The notes beneath the pieces are model-generated. The model saw only the letters and a list, made by a program, of their open reading frames with translations. It was not told where the DNA came from and searched no databases. 64,000 bases of DNA, from the NCBI GenBank assembly GCA_024230295.1, contig JAAERN010000069.1:33752-97751 (forward strand), in the 5' to 3' direction. This DNA comes from Planctomycetota bacterium. Its GTDB lineage: Bacteria > Planctomycetota > Phycisphaerae > Phycisphaerales > SM1A02. Positions 9,476 to 19,884 of this stretch are shown here, piece after piece. The stretch's first letter is position 1; every line of letters starts with the position of its first letter. Both the position numbers and the translations under genes were made by a program.

Positions 9476-12400
9476 ATGGCTATTCCCGTTGTCTCGACAG
9501 TTGCGAAGAAGGTCTTCGGCACCCGAAACGATCGACTCGTCAAACGCTACCTCACCATTGTCGATCGCGTATCGGCATTCGAATCAGAGGTTCGTCAACT
9601 TGACGACCAGGCGCTCCGCGCCAAGACCGATGAGTTCCGCAAGCGGTTTCAAGCTGGTGAGAAGACCTCCGACTTGCAGCCCGAAGCATTCGCGGTTGCT
9701 CGCGAGGCGATGGACCGAGCCGCCGGCATTCGCAACATCTTTGATCCCGCGTCCGAGTTCGATCCCTCGTTGTTGACTGGCGAAGTTCGTACGCTCTACG
9801 ACGACACCAAGGCAGCGATGGATGCGGCCGAGCCGAAGCCACCGAATCAGGCGCTGCTCGGATGCACCGCTCCGGTTCCAGCGTGGATATGGATGGACAT
9901 CCCACTGCCGATCTATGAAGCAGTTCGCGCCATCTGGCCCGAATCGCGGCCTCCGTTCAGGGCCAGGCCATTCGACGTGCAGATCATCGGCGGCATGGTG
10001 TTGTACGAAGGTCGCATCGCCGAGATGAAGACGGGTGAGGGCAAGACCATTGTGGCGCCGCTCTCGTGTTATCTCTCGGTCATCGAGGGCCAGCAAGTGC
10101 ACTTGGTCACCGTCAACGAGTATCTGGTGCAGCGTGACCGCGACTGGATGTTCCCCTTCTTCCATGCCTTGGGCATGACGGCGGGCGCGATTCATCCCCA
10201 GCACCGCCAGCCGCCCCAACTCAAGCAAGTTATGTACCACTGCGACGTGGTGTACGGAACGACCTCCGAGTTCGGTTTTGACTATCTGCGGGACAACATG
10301 AAGATGTCGGTCGGCGAGCAGGTACAGCGGCATCGCCAGATTGCGATCGTCGATGAAGTTGACTCGACGCTCATCGACGAAGCTCGAACGCCGCTCATCA
10401 TCAGCGGCTCGGCCCATGACAGCCAGCCTCGTTACGACTTGGCGGATCGGCTTGCCCGCCATCTACTCTCGCGCCAGGGCGAATGGAATTCCGCGGACGA
10501 GAAGGTTCAGAAGTGCCTGGTGGACATCTCTTCTTGTGAGGGCGATATTCGAAACGCTCGGGATCGCGCCGCAGTACCCGCAATTCGCGAGAAGCTCGAA
10601 GCGAAAAAGGCGGAACTACCGAAGCTGGAAACGGTCCGCGATCGTTACGTGCGATATTACGAAGTTGAACTCGACAAGAAGCGGACCACACTGACGCACG
10701 AAGGCATCGCCGAGGCGCAGAAGGAGTCTGGCTTGGGTTCCTTCTATGTTGGTGAAAATATCGATATGCCCCATCTGCTCGAGCAGGCGATTCGAGCGCA
10801 CAGTGTGTATCAGCGTGATCGCGACTACATTGTCGCGCCCGATGATCAGGGCCAGCAGAGCGTGGTCATCGTCGATCAGAACACGGGCCGAAAAATGGTC
10901 GGTCGGCAGTGGTCCGATGGTCTGCACCAGTCGGTCGAGGCGAAGGAAGGCGTCCCTATCAAGGAAGAGACGCAGACCATGGCCACGATCACGATCCAGA
11001 ACTTCTACAAGTTGTATGAGCGTCTCTCGGGCATGACGGGGACGGCCGATACCGAGGCGACCGAGTTCTACGAGATTTACAAACTGGACGTGGTCGTCAT
11101 CCCGACGAATGTGCCGGTGGTTCGCGGCGATCACAACGACGTGGTGTTCCTCTCAGTGAAGGACAAGTACGACGCCATTATCGACGAAGTTGCGAGATTT
11201 CACGATATCGGCAGGCCGGTGCTTGTCGGAACGACGAGCGTGGAGAACTCCAAGGACGTCTCCTCCAGTCTCAAACAGCGTCATGGCATCAAACACGAGG
11301 TGCTGAATGCCGAGCAGCACGAGCGTGAGAGCGAGATCGTCAAGCACGCCGGCGAAATCGGGGCGGTGATGATTGCGACGAACATGGCCGGCCGTGGCAC
11401 GGATATCAAACTGCAGCCGTTTGTGATCGAAGCACTGATCGATCATTGGAAGCGCCGAGATGTCTGTCCTGCCGATGTGACCGCCGACATGCCTGAGGCG
11501 GGAATCGTAGCGCGGTGCTGGCGACACGTTGCTCCTCGGGAAACGGGACTTCCCCGCAAGCAGATCGAGGCCATGTCCGACGAGGAAGTGAAGCGAGCCT
11601 TGCTGGAGTGCTGGTATGAGAAGCACTGTTACGGCAAGGAGTCGAAGGCCAAGTCAATGACGGACGAGCAACTCATGCGATCGCTCGATGAAAGCGGCGC
11701 GTGCGTACTGCACCGCCTGCGTATCTTCGAGAACGCTGAGGATTTGGGTGGGCTGCACGTGGTTGGTACCGAACGTCATGAGTCGCGGCGGATCGACAAC
11801 CAGCTTCGCGGCCGATCGGGGCGTCAGGGCGACAATGGTTCGTCACGCTTCTTCCTGAGTTTGGAAGATCCGCTCATGAAGATGTTCGCGGGACCCACGA
11901 CGCTCAAACTGCTGAGTCGCCTAGGTATGAAGGAGGGCGACGCGATTGAGCATCCGATGCTTAGCAAGGCCGTCGGGCGAGCTCAGCGCAAGGTCGAGGA
12001 GCGAAACTTCCTGATCCGCAAGAACATCCTTGAGTACGACGAGGTCATGGACCACCAGCGGCATGAGTTCTATGGAACGCGGCAGCAGATTCTGGAAGGC
12101 CGGGACATCAAGGAACTCATCTTCGATCATCTTGAACGTGCATCGGTTGATGCGGCGTGGCGTTTTCTCGACCCGATGTACCCAGCGACGTGCATTGTCG
12201 AGTGGGTGCGAGAACATATGTCGGTCACGATCGAACCCTCGCGTTTGAAGACAAATGATCGAGAAGACCTGCATGAGGGAATCCGGCGAATGGCGCACGA
12301 GGAAGCCATGTCGATCATTCGCGTTTCGCTTGGTGAATTTCTGAGTGAGGAGATTGATCTGGGGACCGGCGAAGTCGCCCCGCGTGACGAATCCGTGGAC

Positions 12401-13588
12401 GACTACCAAGGCCTTGCGGACTGGATGAACGGCCACTTCGGCACGAATCTGCGTGCGTCTGAATTGATCGAACTGGATCAACGCGAGCTGATCGATCATC
12501 TCGAGCAAGCGGCCGAAGTCGCGGTCGAGAAGGTGGATCTCGGCCCCTTGGATACGTTCCTGGTCGAGGACTATCCCAAGCGTGAGCTCGCGCAGTGGGT
12601 GTCGACTCGATTCGGAATCGAGTTTACGGTTGATCGACTCTTGGAAGCCCATGATGCAGACGAAGCGGCTGTATTCGTGCTGGAAGCGGCGGGAACGCTC
12701 TACCGCGAGCGGGAGATCTGCTATCCGATCGACTTTGCGATTGACATGACCAATGCGTCCATGCAGCAGGACCCCGCCGCAGCAATCGCCCAGTTCTGTA
12801 AGTGGGTGAATTCGAGGTACGAACTCGACTGGGCCGCCGATTCACTTCCCGCGACCGATCCGAAGGAGATCCGCCGCATCCTCGTTGAGGAAGCGAGTCG
12901 TTGGGATGCCGATCGTGTTCGTGCTCGGGCCGAACGTGTTGCTGCCGAAATTGGATCGGATGCCGAGGCGGCCGACGCATGGCTTCGCGAGCATATGGGT
13001 GCGGCGATGATTCCGGGCGACAAGAAAGAATACTCGGCGGATCCGGTCGGCACGTTGACGACGATGTTCACACGCATCATGCGAGTCGAAGTTTCGCAAC
13101 TTGAGCAATGGATTCTGCTGCAGATTCTTGACTCCTCTTGGAAGGAGCACTTGCATCAGATGGATCAGTTGCGAGAGTCGATCGGCTATCGGAGTTTCAG
13201 TCAGCGCGATCCTCGCATTGAATTCAAGCGAGAAGGTTCCAACCTCTTCGAGGATATGCTCGTGGCCATTCGTGACAAGGTGACCGATCTCGTCTTCAAG
13301 GCGAGGCTCCAGGCGCGGCCGCGGCTCGCCGAAGGATCACAGCCAGCAGAGGCGCCGAAGGCGCCGCCAGCACAGGCGGCTCCCCCGGTCGATCCCGCAG
13401 CGCAGGAAGATCGTTCGGCAGTGGCCGCAGCGGCCGCAGCGGCAAGCGAAGGTCGCAGCGTCCGAACTGGCGTGTCGAAACGTCCCAAGCCCGTTGCTCC
13501 AGCGGTGTCCACTGGCATGGTCGGGCGGAATGAACCATGTCCATGCGGATCGGGCAAGAAATACAAGAAGTGCTGCGGGGCGAAGTAG
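9476..13588 (+). CDS. secA: preprotein translocase ATPase SecA (unusually long, 1370 aa)
   Basis: SecA N-terminus (KKVFGTRNDRLVKRY), Walker A MKTGEGKT, DEAD-like DEVDSTLIDEARTPLIIS, TERHESRRIDNQLRGRSGRQGD, and the C-terminal zinc finger CPCGSGKKYKKCCG. Confidence 0.95.
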   Translation: MAIPVVSTVAKKVFGTRNDRLVKRYLTIVDRVSAFESEVRQLDDQALRAKTDEFRKRFQAGEKTSDLQPEAFAVAREAMDRAAGIRNIFDPASEFDPSLLTGEVRTLYDDTKAAMDAAEPKPPNQALLGCTAPVPAWIWMDIPLPIYEAVRAIWPESRPPFRARPFDVQIIGGMVLYEGRIAEMKTGEGKTIVAPLSCYLSVIEGQQVHLVTVNEYLVQRDRDWMFPFFHALGMTAGAIHPQHRQPPQLKQVMYHCDVVYGTTSEFGFDYLRDNMKMSVGEQVQRHRQIAIVDEVDSTLIDEARTPLIISGSAHDSQPRYDLADRLARHLLSRQGEWNSADEKVQKCLVDISSCEGDIRNARDRAAVPAIREKLEAKKAELPKLETVRDRYVRYYEVELDKKRTTLTHEGIAEAQKESGLGSFYVGENIDMPHLLEQAIRAHSVYQRDRDYIVAPDDQGQQSVVIVDQNTGRKMVGRQWSDGLHQSVEAKEGVPIKEETQTMATITIQNFYKLYERLSGMTGTADTEATEFYEIYKLDVVVIPTNVPVVRGDHNDVVFLSVKDKYDAIIDEVARFHDIGRPVLVGTTSVENSKDVSSSLKQRHGIKHEVLNAEQHERESEIVKHAGEIGAVMIATNMAGRGTDIKLQPFVIEALIDHWKRRDVCPADVTADMPEAGIVARCWRHVAPRETGLPRKQIEAMSDEEVKRALLECWYEKHCYGKESKAKSMTDEQLMRSLDESGACVLHRLRIFENAEDLGGLHVVGTERHESRRIDNQLRGRSGRQGDNGSSRFFLSLEDPLMKMFAGPTTLKLLSRLGMKEGDAIEHPMLSKAVGRAQRKVEERNFLIRKNILEYDEVMDHQRHEFYGTRQQILEGRDIKELIFDHLERASVDAAWRFLDPMYPATCIVEWVREHMSVTIEPSRLKTNDREDLHEGIRRMAHEEAMSIIRVSLGEFLSEEIDLGTGEVAPRDESVDDYQGLADWMNGHFGTNLRASELIELDQRELIDHLEQAAEVAVEKVDLGPLDTFLVEDYPKRELAQWVSTRFGIEFTVDRLLEAHDADEAAVFVLEAAGTLYREREICYPIDFAIDMTNASMQQDPAAAIAQFCKWVNSRYELDWAADSLPATDPKEIRRILVEEASRWDADRVRARAERVAAEIGSDAEAADAWLREHMGAAMIPGDKKEYSADPVGTLTTMFTRIMRVEVSQLEQWILLQILDSSWKEHLHQMDQLRESIGYRSFSQRDPRIEFKREGSNLFEDMLVAIRDKVTDLVFKARLQARPRLAEGSQPAEAPKAPPAQAAPPVDPAAQEDRSAVAAAAAAASEGRSVRTGVSKRPKPVAPAVSTGMVGRNEPCPCGSGKKYKKCCGAK

Positions 13589-13606
13589 AGGGACGGCGGT
13601 GCCGCG

Positions 13607-14695
13607 TCACGCTCGGCGGAAAATGGCGGGCGTGGCGAGGACGAACACGGCTGGAAGCACCGCGACCCACGCCGGTCCGGTGATGAAGCCGATGTTGCTG
13701 AGCCATCCGGCGATGAGAAGCAGGACCGTCAGGCGGACGATACCTAGGGTTGTGACGAGCGGCGAGCCCCGCCGGCACCACGCCAGAAGAATGGCCGGAA
13801 ATGCGATTCCATAGATCGCGAGAAATCCAAGATAGACATTTATCGCAGTGTCCCATGTCATGTTGGTGACGAGCACCGCGATGCCGAGTACAGCGATGAG
13901 AATCGGACCCCAAAGCCCTGCGGAATCCGGGTCATGGGCGACGCCGCCGCGGCGCATCTCCCGCAGGTTCGCTGCGATCGTGAAGACCGACTGGCCGAAT
14001 AGCCAAAGCAGTATTGCCAGCGTGGCGGTGCTTTCGGTCAGCGACCAGTATGAGGCGGTCACCAGCAGCATGCAGAGAAAGAGTGGCGCGAGCAAGGCCG
14101 ATGCGAGCGGTCCGTGGGTTTCTTGGCGAGCGCGATGAAAGGGTGCGTCGAGCCATGGACAGAGCAGGAATCCGATCACGAAGACCGGCGCGAGCCACAG
14201 AAGATCGAGTGGTGGTCGCTCACCAGACCATCCGAGGCAGATCCACGTCCCCCAGTCCACCGCGATGATGATGCCGCCACTGGCGAAGGCCACGCCGCCA
14301 AGCCACGGCCACCAGTTCCGTGGGGCGAACGAGAGCACCCACGCGATCGCAAATGCTGCGGCAGGCCAGATCAACCACCCTGCTGACAGCAGAAGTTCTG
14401 GCGAAGAGAGCCACAGACCCACAATCGAGAGAAAGACGAGATGAAAGGCGATCGTCAGGCTGACGAAGGCGCCGATGGCGGTTGGGTGTCGGCGGCAGAA
14501 TTGTCGTGAGGCGCTGGGTGAGCCGAGTAGCAGGCCCATTGCCGCGGCGCCGATACAGTTCGGGATCGCAATCAGCAGAAATCCACCCCAGCCAAACCAT
14601 TGCAGAAGCAGTACCGGAAGGAACATGCCGATGCACCACGTCCATGACGAGGTGGCGTACAGGGACCATCCGATTGAGCGAAGGGGGTGCGTCAT
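13607..14695 (-). CDS. polytopic integral membrane protein, unknown function
   Basis: 362 aa, about 10 hydrophobic Trp/Leu-rich segments, ATG start. I recognise no family motif. Confidence 0.6.
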   Translation of the reverse strand: MTHPLRSIGWSLYATSSWTWCIGMFLPVLLLQWFGWGGFLLIAIPNCIGAAAMGLLLGSPSASRQFCRRHPTAIGAFVSLTIAFHLVFLSIVGLWLSSPELLLSAGWLIWPAAAFAIAWVLSFAPRNWWPWLGGVAFASGGIIIAVDWGTWICLGWSGERPPLDLLWLAPVFVIGFLLCPWLDAPFHRARQETHGPLASALLAPLFLCMLLVTASYWSLTESTATLAILLWLFGQSVFTIAANLREMRRGGVAHDPDSAGLWGPILIAVLGIAVLVTNMTWDTAINVYLGFLAIYGIAFPAILLAWCRRGSPLVTTLGIVRLTVLLLIAGWLSNIGFITGPAWVAVLPAVFVLATPAIFRRA

Positions 14696-14702
14696 CAGGG
14701 AG

Positions 14703-15383
14703 CTAGACGGTAAGTTTGCGGCGCTTCCGCGCCTTCTTGCTGCTGCGGCTTCGCACTGCTGCCTTTGGAGCGCAGTGGAAAGTCATCTTGCAACGGCCTA
14801 CTCGAAGCGGTCGATCGCTCTTGCCGAGAATCTGGCAGACGTTCATAGTGAGATCGATGTTGAACTCGGCGCCGTCCTGTTTGGAATCGACGATCTGTTT
14901 GTGCAGCGTGTCTGGATTGACGACGTCGTAGACGGCAGGTCCACAGCAGGGGCGAAGGAATCGATAGTTGAGATCCTTGCAGATCACGATGTAATCGATG
15001 CCTACTTCTGAGAAGAGGAACATGCCGCCAGCCACCTCGGAGTTACCGAGCAGGGCAGCGCCCGCCATCGCGTTGTACCAATTTCGATTGACCCGTTTGA
15101 ACGGGAGAATGGCAGTGAAGCGGCCAGTGCTCAGACGCTTCATCGAAATGCCCGATCGCCAGGCGTAGGGCAGCCAGATGAGCGAGCACACGCGGTGCCA
15201 GAAGTTGTTGCGAGTGCTCAACCGACTGAAGTATGCTTCCAGCCGAGGCCACAGACCACGAGGCGGTGCAACGGTTTGGATGTCAGCACCGGCTGCGCCG
15301 GCGGCGGGGGTCATCGACATGGTGTGGATCCAGCACAAGCCCGAGTAGAGTCGGGATTGAGGTCTTTTCAACGGAGATGGCAT
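14703..15383 (-). CDS. hotdog-fold thioesterase-like protein (DUF4442/PaaI-like)
   Basis: The segment LPFKRVNRNWYNAMAGAALLGNSEVAGG resembles the PaaI/DUF4442 hotdog core. It has a basic C-terminal tail. The start is uncertain (alternative ATG at 15320). Confidence 0.5.
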   Translation of the reverse strand: MPSPLKRPQSRLYSGLCWIHTMSMTPAAGAAGADIQTVAPPRGLWPRLEAYFSRLSTRNNFWHRVCSLIWLPYAWRSGISMKRLSTGRFTAILPFKRVNRNWYNAMAGAALLGNSEVAGGMFLFSEVGIDYIVICKDLNYRFLRPCCGPAVYDVVNPDTLHKQIVDSKQDGAEFNIDLTMNVCQILGKSDRPLRVGRCKMTFHCAPKAAVRSRSSKKARKRRKLTV

Positions 15384-15467
15384 GGTACCCGTTGACCTCG
15401 CGGGGAGCCACGGCGATCCTGCGAGGATTCCAGCGTCCTTCCCAATTGGAGCAATAGGAGCCCTCTT

Positions 15468-16292
15468 ATGGCACTTGCACGCCTCGGAACCACATCATGG
15501 AGCCTCAAGCCTCAGGATCCCGCCGATCTGGTCCGGCTCATTCACGAAACCGGCCTCGATGCGGTGCAGGTCGGCCTCTCGCCGGTTGTATCGGACCGAG
15601 CGGCCTGGAGCGGGACTGTGCCTCGCTTGATTGAGGCTGGGATCACGATTTTGAGTGGCATGCTGCAGCCCGTGGAAGAGGATTACAGCACCATTGCGAA
15701 TATCCGCGAAACTGGCGGAATCAGGCGGGATGCAACATGGCTCGCCAACGAGGCGATGGCCCGCGTGATGGCAGTACTGGCCGAGAACGCGGGTATCGGG
15801 CTGGTGACGATGCACGCCGGCTTCATCCCGGAAGGCGCAGATGACCCACTCCGGTCGGTCATGGCTGAGCGGATTCGCGCGTTACACGACATTTTCGAGG
15901 CCGAAGGTGTACGGCTGGCACTTGAGACGGGGCAGGAGTCGGCGGCCGCGCTGCTGGAGGCACTCGACGAGATCGATCGCCCGAACCTCGGTATCAACTT
16001 CGATCCGGCAAATATGCTGCTCTATGGGTCGGGCGATCCGATCGACGCGATGGAGCGTCTGGCGCCGAAGATTGTGTCGCTACACCTGAAGGATGCGAGG
16101 GCGAGTGGGACTCCCGAGGTCTGGGGGACCGAGACGCCACTCGGGCAGGGGGAGGTCGATTGGGATGCCTTCTTCTCGATCGCACGTGATCTTCCCAACG
16201 AAGTCGATGCGATCATCGAGCGGGAAGGTGGCGAGCGGCGAGTCGAGGATATTCGCGCAGCCGTCGATTTTGTGCGGGTGCACTTCGAATGA
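15468..16292 (+). CDS. sugar phosphate isomerase/epimerase (xylose isomerase-like TIM barrel)
   Basis: Pattern typical of the AP_endonuc_2/TIM-barrel family ([25 protein letters not shown]). The stop overlaps the ggt start (ATGA). Confidence 0.8.
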   Translation: MALARLGTTSWSLKPQDPADLVRLIHETGLDAVQVGLSPVVSDRAAWSGTVPRLIEAGITILSGMLQPVEEDYSTIANIRETGGIRRDATWLANEAMARVMAVLAENAGIGLVTMHAGFIPEGADDPLRSVMAERIRALHDIFEAEGVRLALETGQESAAALLEALDEIDRPNLGINFDPANMLLYGSGDPIDAMERLAPKIVSLHLKDARASGTPEVWGTETPLGQGEVDWDAFFSIARDLPNEVDAIIEREGGERRVEDIRAAVDFVRVHFE

Positions 16293-17974
16293 AGCATTTC
16301 CTTGCCGGACTGGCCGTTCTCATCTTCTCGTGTATGGCAACTGCCGCTCCGTGGACTCGCGGCGCCGTCGCGGCCGATCATGCACTTGCCTCTGAAGCTG
16401 GTGTTCAGATGCTTCGACGGGGGGGGAACGCGATTGACGCAGCGGTGGCAGTGAGTTTTACGCTCTCGGTTGTCGATCCGTTCAGTTGCGGGGTCGGTGG
16501 TGGCGGATTCATGCTCATATCGATCCCGGGCGAGGATGGTGCCGCGCGGAGGAATGTAGCGATCGACTATCGCGAGACTGCGCCAGCGGAGGTTGGTGCC
16601 GATTTCTATATCTCCCGTGCAACCACTGCGAGTCGATACGGTGGCGCCGCGGCGGGCGTGCCGGGCATGGTGGCAGGTCTTTGGGCTGTCCATGAGCGGT
16701 GGGGCACACTTCCCTGGCGAGATTGTCTGGAGCCGGCTATTCGAGCAGCCACGCAGGGCGCGCCGGTCGGCGGACCGTGGCTGCATGCCGTGGAGTGGGT
16801 TGCCGGTGTCCGAGAGAAGTATCCGGAACTTCAGACGGCTTCACAGTGGGTGTGGACGCACTTGTGCGGTGAAGGCGATCTTCAGCGTGGCGATATTGTG
16901 CGTCAGCCTGAGCAGGCGGCGCTGCTCACGCTGATTGCCAGTGAGGGGCCCAACGCGTTCTACGCAGGTCCGGTGGCGACGGACATTGCCGCGGCAGCTG
17001 CCGCGTTCGGTGGCGTGCTGAGCCGCGGTGATCTTCATCGCTACGCTGTGTCCTGGGCGATTCCGCTCGAGAGCGCGGTGGTACTCGGGAAGTACCAACT
17101 GCTCTCGATGCCGCCGCCGAGCAGCGGCGGGATCGCCATGCAGCAGATCCTCGGCATGCTCGATCGCCGGATGCAGGATGTGGGCGAGGCGGGGACCGTC
17201 CGCTGGCATCACCTGTTGGTCGAAGCGATGCGCAGCGCCTTTGCAGACCGCGCCAGATTCGGTGCCGATGGCGAGCATGTGGCGGTGCCTGTTCGAGAGA
17301 TGACACATCCGACCCATATCGACGCCGCCGCGAAGTCGATACCGCTTGATCGTGCGCGGCCGAGTGAAGCGGCGGGTGTGCTGCCACCGCCGGATGATTC
17401 GGGCACCAGTCATTTTTGTGTCTATACGGCGGATGGCTGGGCCGTTTCGTGTACCGAGACGATCAATCTGGAGTTCGGCAGTCTGGTGGCCGTTCCACAA
17501 TGGGGCATCGTGCTGAACAATGAAATGGATGACTTTGCGACGAGCCCGGGCCAAGCCAATGCATTCGGTCTTGTGCAGAGCAACCGCAATGCGCCGGCTC
17601 CCGGAAAGCGTCCACTCAGCAGCATGTCGCCGACGATCGTGCTTGAGGGTGATCGCGTCCGCATGATCGCAGGTGCCTCCGGTGGCCCACGCATTATCAA
17701 CGGCACACTGCAGGTGATCTTGAATGTGCTGCTACGGGGCATGTCGCCCGAAGAAGCGTTGGAAGCGCCTCGGCTTCACCATCAGTGGCTGCCGGACGTC
17801 GTGCAGTTTGAAGAACGGTGGAGCGATGAGGGCATGATTGAGGCGCTCGGGATCCTCGGTCATGAAACCAAGCGGCGACCGAGCGTCGGCAAGGTGCAAC
17901 TCATCGAGATTACGCATGAAGGCATCACGCCTGCGAGCGACCCTCGCAAGGAAGGTGCGCCGGCGGGTTGGTAG
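16289..17974 (+). CDS. ggt: gamma-glutamyltranspeptidase
   Basis: Signal peptide, [10 protein letters not shown] motif, autoprocessing/catalytic Thr context DDSGTSHF, and C-terminal SGGPRII and DPRKEG motifs. Confidence 0.9.
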   Translation: MKHFLAGLAVLIFSCMATAAPWTRGAVAADHALASEAGVQMLRRGGNAIDAAVAVSFTLSVVDPFSCGVGGGGFMLISIPGEDGAARRNVAIDYRETAPAEVGADFYISRATTASRYGGAAAGVPGMVAGLWAVHERWGTLPWRDCLEPAIRAATQGAPVGGPWLHAVEWVAGVREKYPELQTASQWVWTHLCGEGDLQRGDIVRQPEQAALLTLIASEGPNAFYAGPVATDIAAAAAAFGGVLSRGDLHRYAVSWAIPLESAVVLGKYQLLSMPPPSSGGIAMQQILGMLDRRMQDVGEAGTVRWHHLLVEAMRSAFADRARFGADGEHVAVPVREMTHPTHIDAAAKSIPLDRARPSEAAGVLPPPDDSGTSHFCVYTADGWAVSCTETINLEFGSLVAVPQWGIVLNNEMDDFATSPGQANAFGLVQSNRNAPAPGKRPLSSMSPTIVLEGDRVRMIAGASGGPRIINGTLQVILNVLLRGMSPEEALEAPRLHHQWLPDVVQFEERWSDEGMIEALGILGHETKRRPSVGKVQLIEITHEGITPASDPRKEGAPAGW

Positions 17975-18123
17975 TGCCCGTCAGGAGCGAGGGGTTTCCT
18001 GGCAGCCCCAGTCTTCGAGCAACTCGATGGTTTTGTTTCGAATGATGGGTTAGTTGATGGAAAGGCACGACAATAAGAACAGTGCATCTTTCGCGAATTA
18101 CGACCACCGAATATCATGCCACG

Positions 18124-18417
18124 ATGCCCACGTATCTCTATCAGGTCGTGACCGACGACGGTGCCGAAGGCGAGATCTTCGAGGTTGTGCAGTCCATGAG
18201 CGAAGCGGCGCTGACGAAGCATCCCGAGACCGGTGAGCCGGTGACGCGCATTCCAGCACTGCCCAATATTGCGGGCAAGTGGTCTGACCTCAAGGGCAAG
18301 TCGCAACTCAGCAACAAGAACCTCGATCGGCTCGGTTTCACTAAGTATGAGCGAGCGGGCGATGGCAACTACGAGAAGAAAGCCGGCGACGGGCCCAACG
18401 TCATCTCTGCCGACTAG
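18124..18417 (+). CDS. FmdB-like small protein lacking the zinc-ribbon cysteines
   Basis: Track ORF 18082..18417 trimmed to the ATG at 18124. The N-terminus MPTYLYQV..GEIFEVVQSMSE...HPETGEPVTRI parallels the FmdB family MPxYEYxCxxCGxxFE...CPxCG, but has no Cys. Confidence 0.5.
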   Translation: MPTYLYQVVTDDGAEGEIFEVVQSMSEAALTKHPETGEPVTRIPALPNIAGKWSDLKGKSQLSNKNLDRLGFTKYERAGDGNYEKKAGDGPNVISAD

Positions 18418-18453
18418 TGCCCCTCGACTCCCTCGCGCCGCACCCGCACATCC

Positions 18454-19710
18454 TCATTGACACGGTCCCCACAATGAAAGCAGATTCAGCAGATCGTTGA
18501 TGTCGATCGTGTTGTCGAGGGTGCTGTCGTGGGTGCAGGTCTGGAGTTCCTCGTGAACCACCGCGAGGTCGAGGGCGTTGACCACACCGTCAAAGTTCAC
18601 ATCGGCCGCGTGGCCGGCCAGTTTCGGAACGCACTTGGAGGCATCGCCGCATGCCCCCGTAGGTGAGCACGCTCCGCCGCCGGTGACCTGCGAGCCGTCT
18701 CGGAAGCAACTCAGCCACTGGTAACTGTGCAAAATGAACGCGCCTGCGGGATGAAACTTCTGCTGCTGCGCCGCGGAGAGCATGTTCCAGCCCTCATCCA
18801 TCGCCTGCGTAAGGAAGTTGCGTCGGTAGGTCTGTGGATCGGTTGATTGGGGTTGGTTGTAGATCCCGGTAGCACCGAAGGAAATCTTGTAGCACGAGCC
18901 GCCGATGTCGCTGCCGCCCAGGCCGAGTTCGAGCGCGATTGCGCAGTGCTTGCCACTCGGGACGGTGTCGACAAGCGGCAGGCCCCACCGCATGAACCCG
19001 TCGCCGCAGGGCGCGGTGTCTGTGCCGACGCACGGCGCCGAGAAGCAGGGGAGATTGCGGTACGCCATGACGATTAGCGTGTCGACATCGTTCCACACGC
19101 TGCCGATGAGATTGTTCGAGATCAGATCGTTCTGCACCGACATCGAGATGAATCCGGACAGCGTGGCGTGGACGGCCGGGGAGCCGCTGTTGTGCGTTTG
19201 GATGAGCGCCGAGACGCCACTGATCATGCTGGCCCACTCGGCGGCGGTGGTGGAGCCCTTGGGCTCGACGTCCAGATTGATGTCGATGGTCGGGCCTTGC
19301 GGGCCGATGTTGGTTGTCAGGGTGGCTGTTGAGACTTGGAGATAGTCGAGGATGGTCGTGACATTGGCCTGCACGGTGCTCGCATCGCCCTGCCAATCGG
19401 TGTCGCCGTAATTGAGCGAGATAGTGTGCCCCCCGGCGTCCACGGCGGTCAGGTAGGCATCCACTTTCGGGTAGTTGGCTCCGCCCTGGATCGTGTCGGC
19501 GACCTCTTGGATGATCCAACCGCCAGCGACCGATGGCGTGGTGGTGTCGCCCGTGAAATTGACGAAGTTCGTCCGCTCGGCGTCGAACATGATTGGCTGG
19601 GTGAGCCAATTCATCATGCCCACGCCATAGGTGGCGGAGGCGGCTGCGCTAGAGGCGAAGGCGAGAATCGCTATCGACCGCGTGAGTGTGTGGTGGATTT
19701 CCGGGTTCAT
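18454..19710 (-). CDS. secreted protein with C-terminal dockerin-like pair
   Basis: Track ORF trimmed to the ATG at 19710, which gives the signal peptide TRSIAILAFASSAAASA. The C-terminus is DVNFDGVVNALDLAVV...IDINDLLNLLSLWGPCQ. Confidence 0.7.
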   Translation of the reverse strand: MNPEIHHTLTRSIAILAFASSAAASATYGVGMMNWLTQPIMFDAERTNFVNFTGDTTTPSVAGGWIIQEVADTIQGGANYPKVDAYLTAVDAGGHTISLNYGDTDWQGDASTVQANVTTILDYLQVSTATLTTNIGPQGPTIDINLDVEPKGSTTAAEWASMISGVSALIQTHNSGSPAVHATLSGFISMSVQNDLISNNLIGSVWNDVDTLIVMAYRNLPCFSAPCVGTDTAPCGDGFMRWGLPLVDTVPSGKHCAIALELGLGGSDIGGSCYKISFGATGIYNQPQSTDPQTYRRNFLTQAMDEGWNMLSAAQQQKFHPAGAFILHSYQWLSCFRDGSQVTGGGACSPTGACGDASKCVPKLAGHAADVNFDGVVNALDLAVVHEELQTCTHDSTLDNTIDINDLLNLLSLWGPCQ

Positions 19711-19810
19711 TTCAAGACTTCCTTCCCGAGTATGGACCGTATTGCCTGCCGTGGCACACAAATGTCAGTTGATCCTACAAGCGACATGGCGCGAAACGGT
19801 AGCGTCAACT

Positions 19811-19852
19811 CAAAAACGACGCCGGGAGCCGAGCACTGGTGCTCGGCTCCCG
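19811..19852 (-). terminator. rho-independent terminator downstream of tsf
   Basis: A 14-bp perfect inverted repeat (CGGGAGCCGAGCAC / GTGCTCGGCTCCCG, 19823..19852). On the minus strand it is followed by GCGTCGTTTTTG. Confidence 0.7.
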
Positions 19853-19884
19853 ACGATTGAATCTCACTGACCGCCTGAGCGGCA

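Noticed and set aside
9584-10462. 292-aa minus-strand ORF inside secA (also 10616..11134, 11153..11626 and 11921..12652)
   Set aside because: These are antisense shadow ORFs of secA.
16022-16786. 254-aa minus-strand ORF spanning the isomerase/ggt junction
   Set aside because: It is antisense to two well-supported genes and has an Arg/Ser-rich composition.
18794-19609. 271-aa alternative-frame minus-strand ORF within the 18454..19710 gene
   Set aside because: It lies on the same strand in a different frame. The translation is Arg/His/Pro-rich, whereas the chosen frame has a signal peptide and a dockerin-like end.
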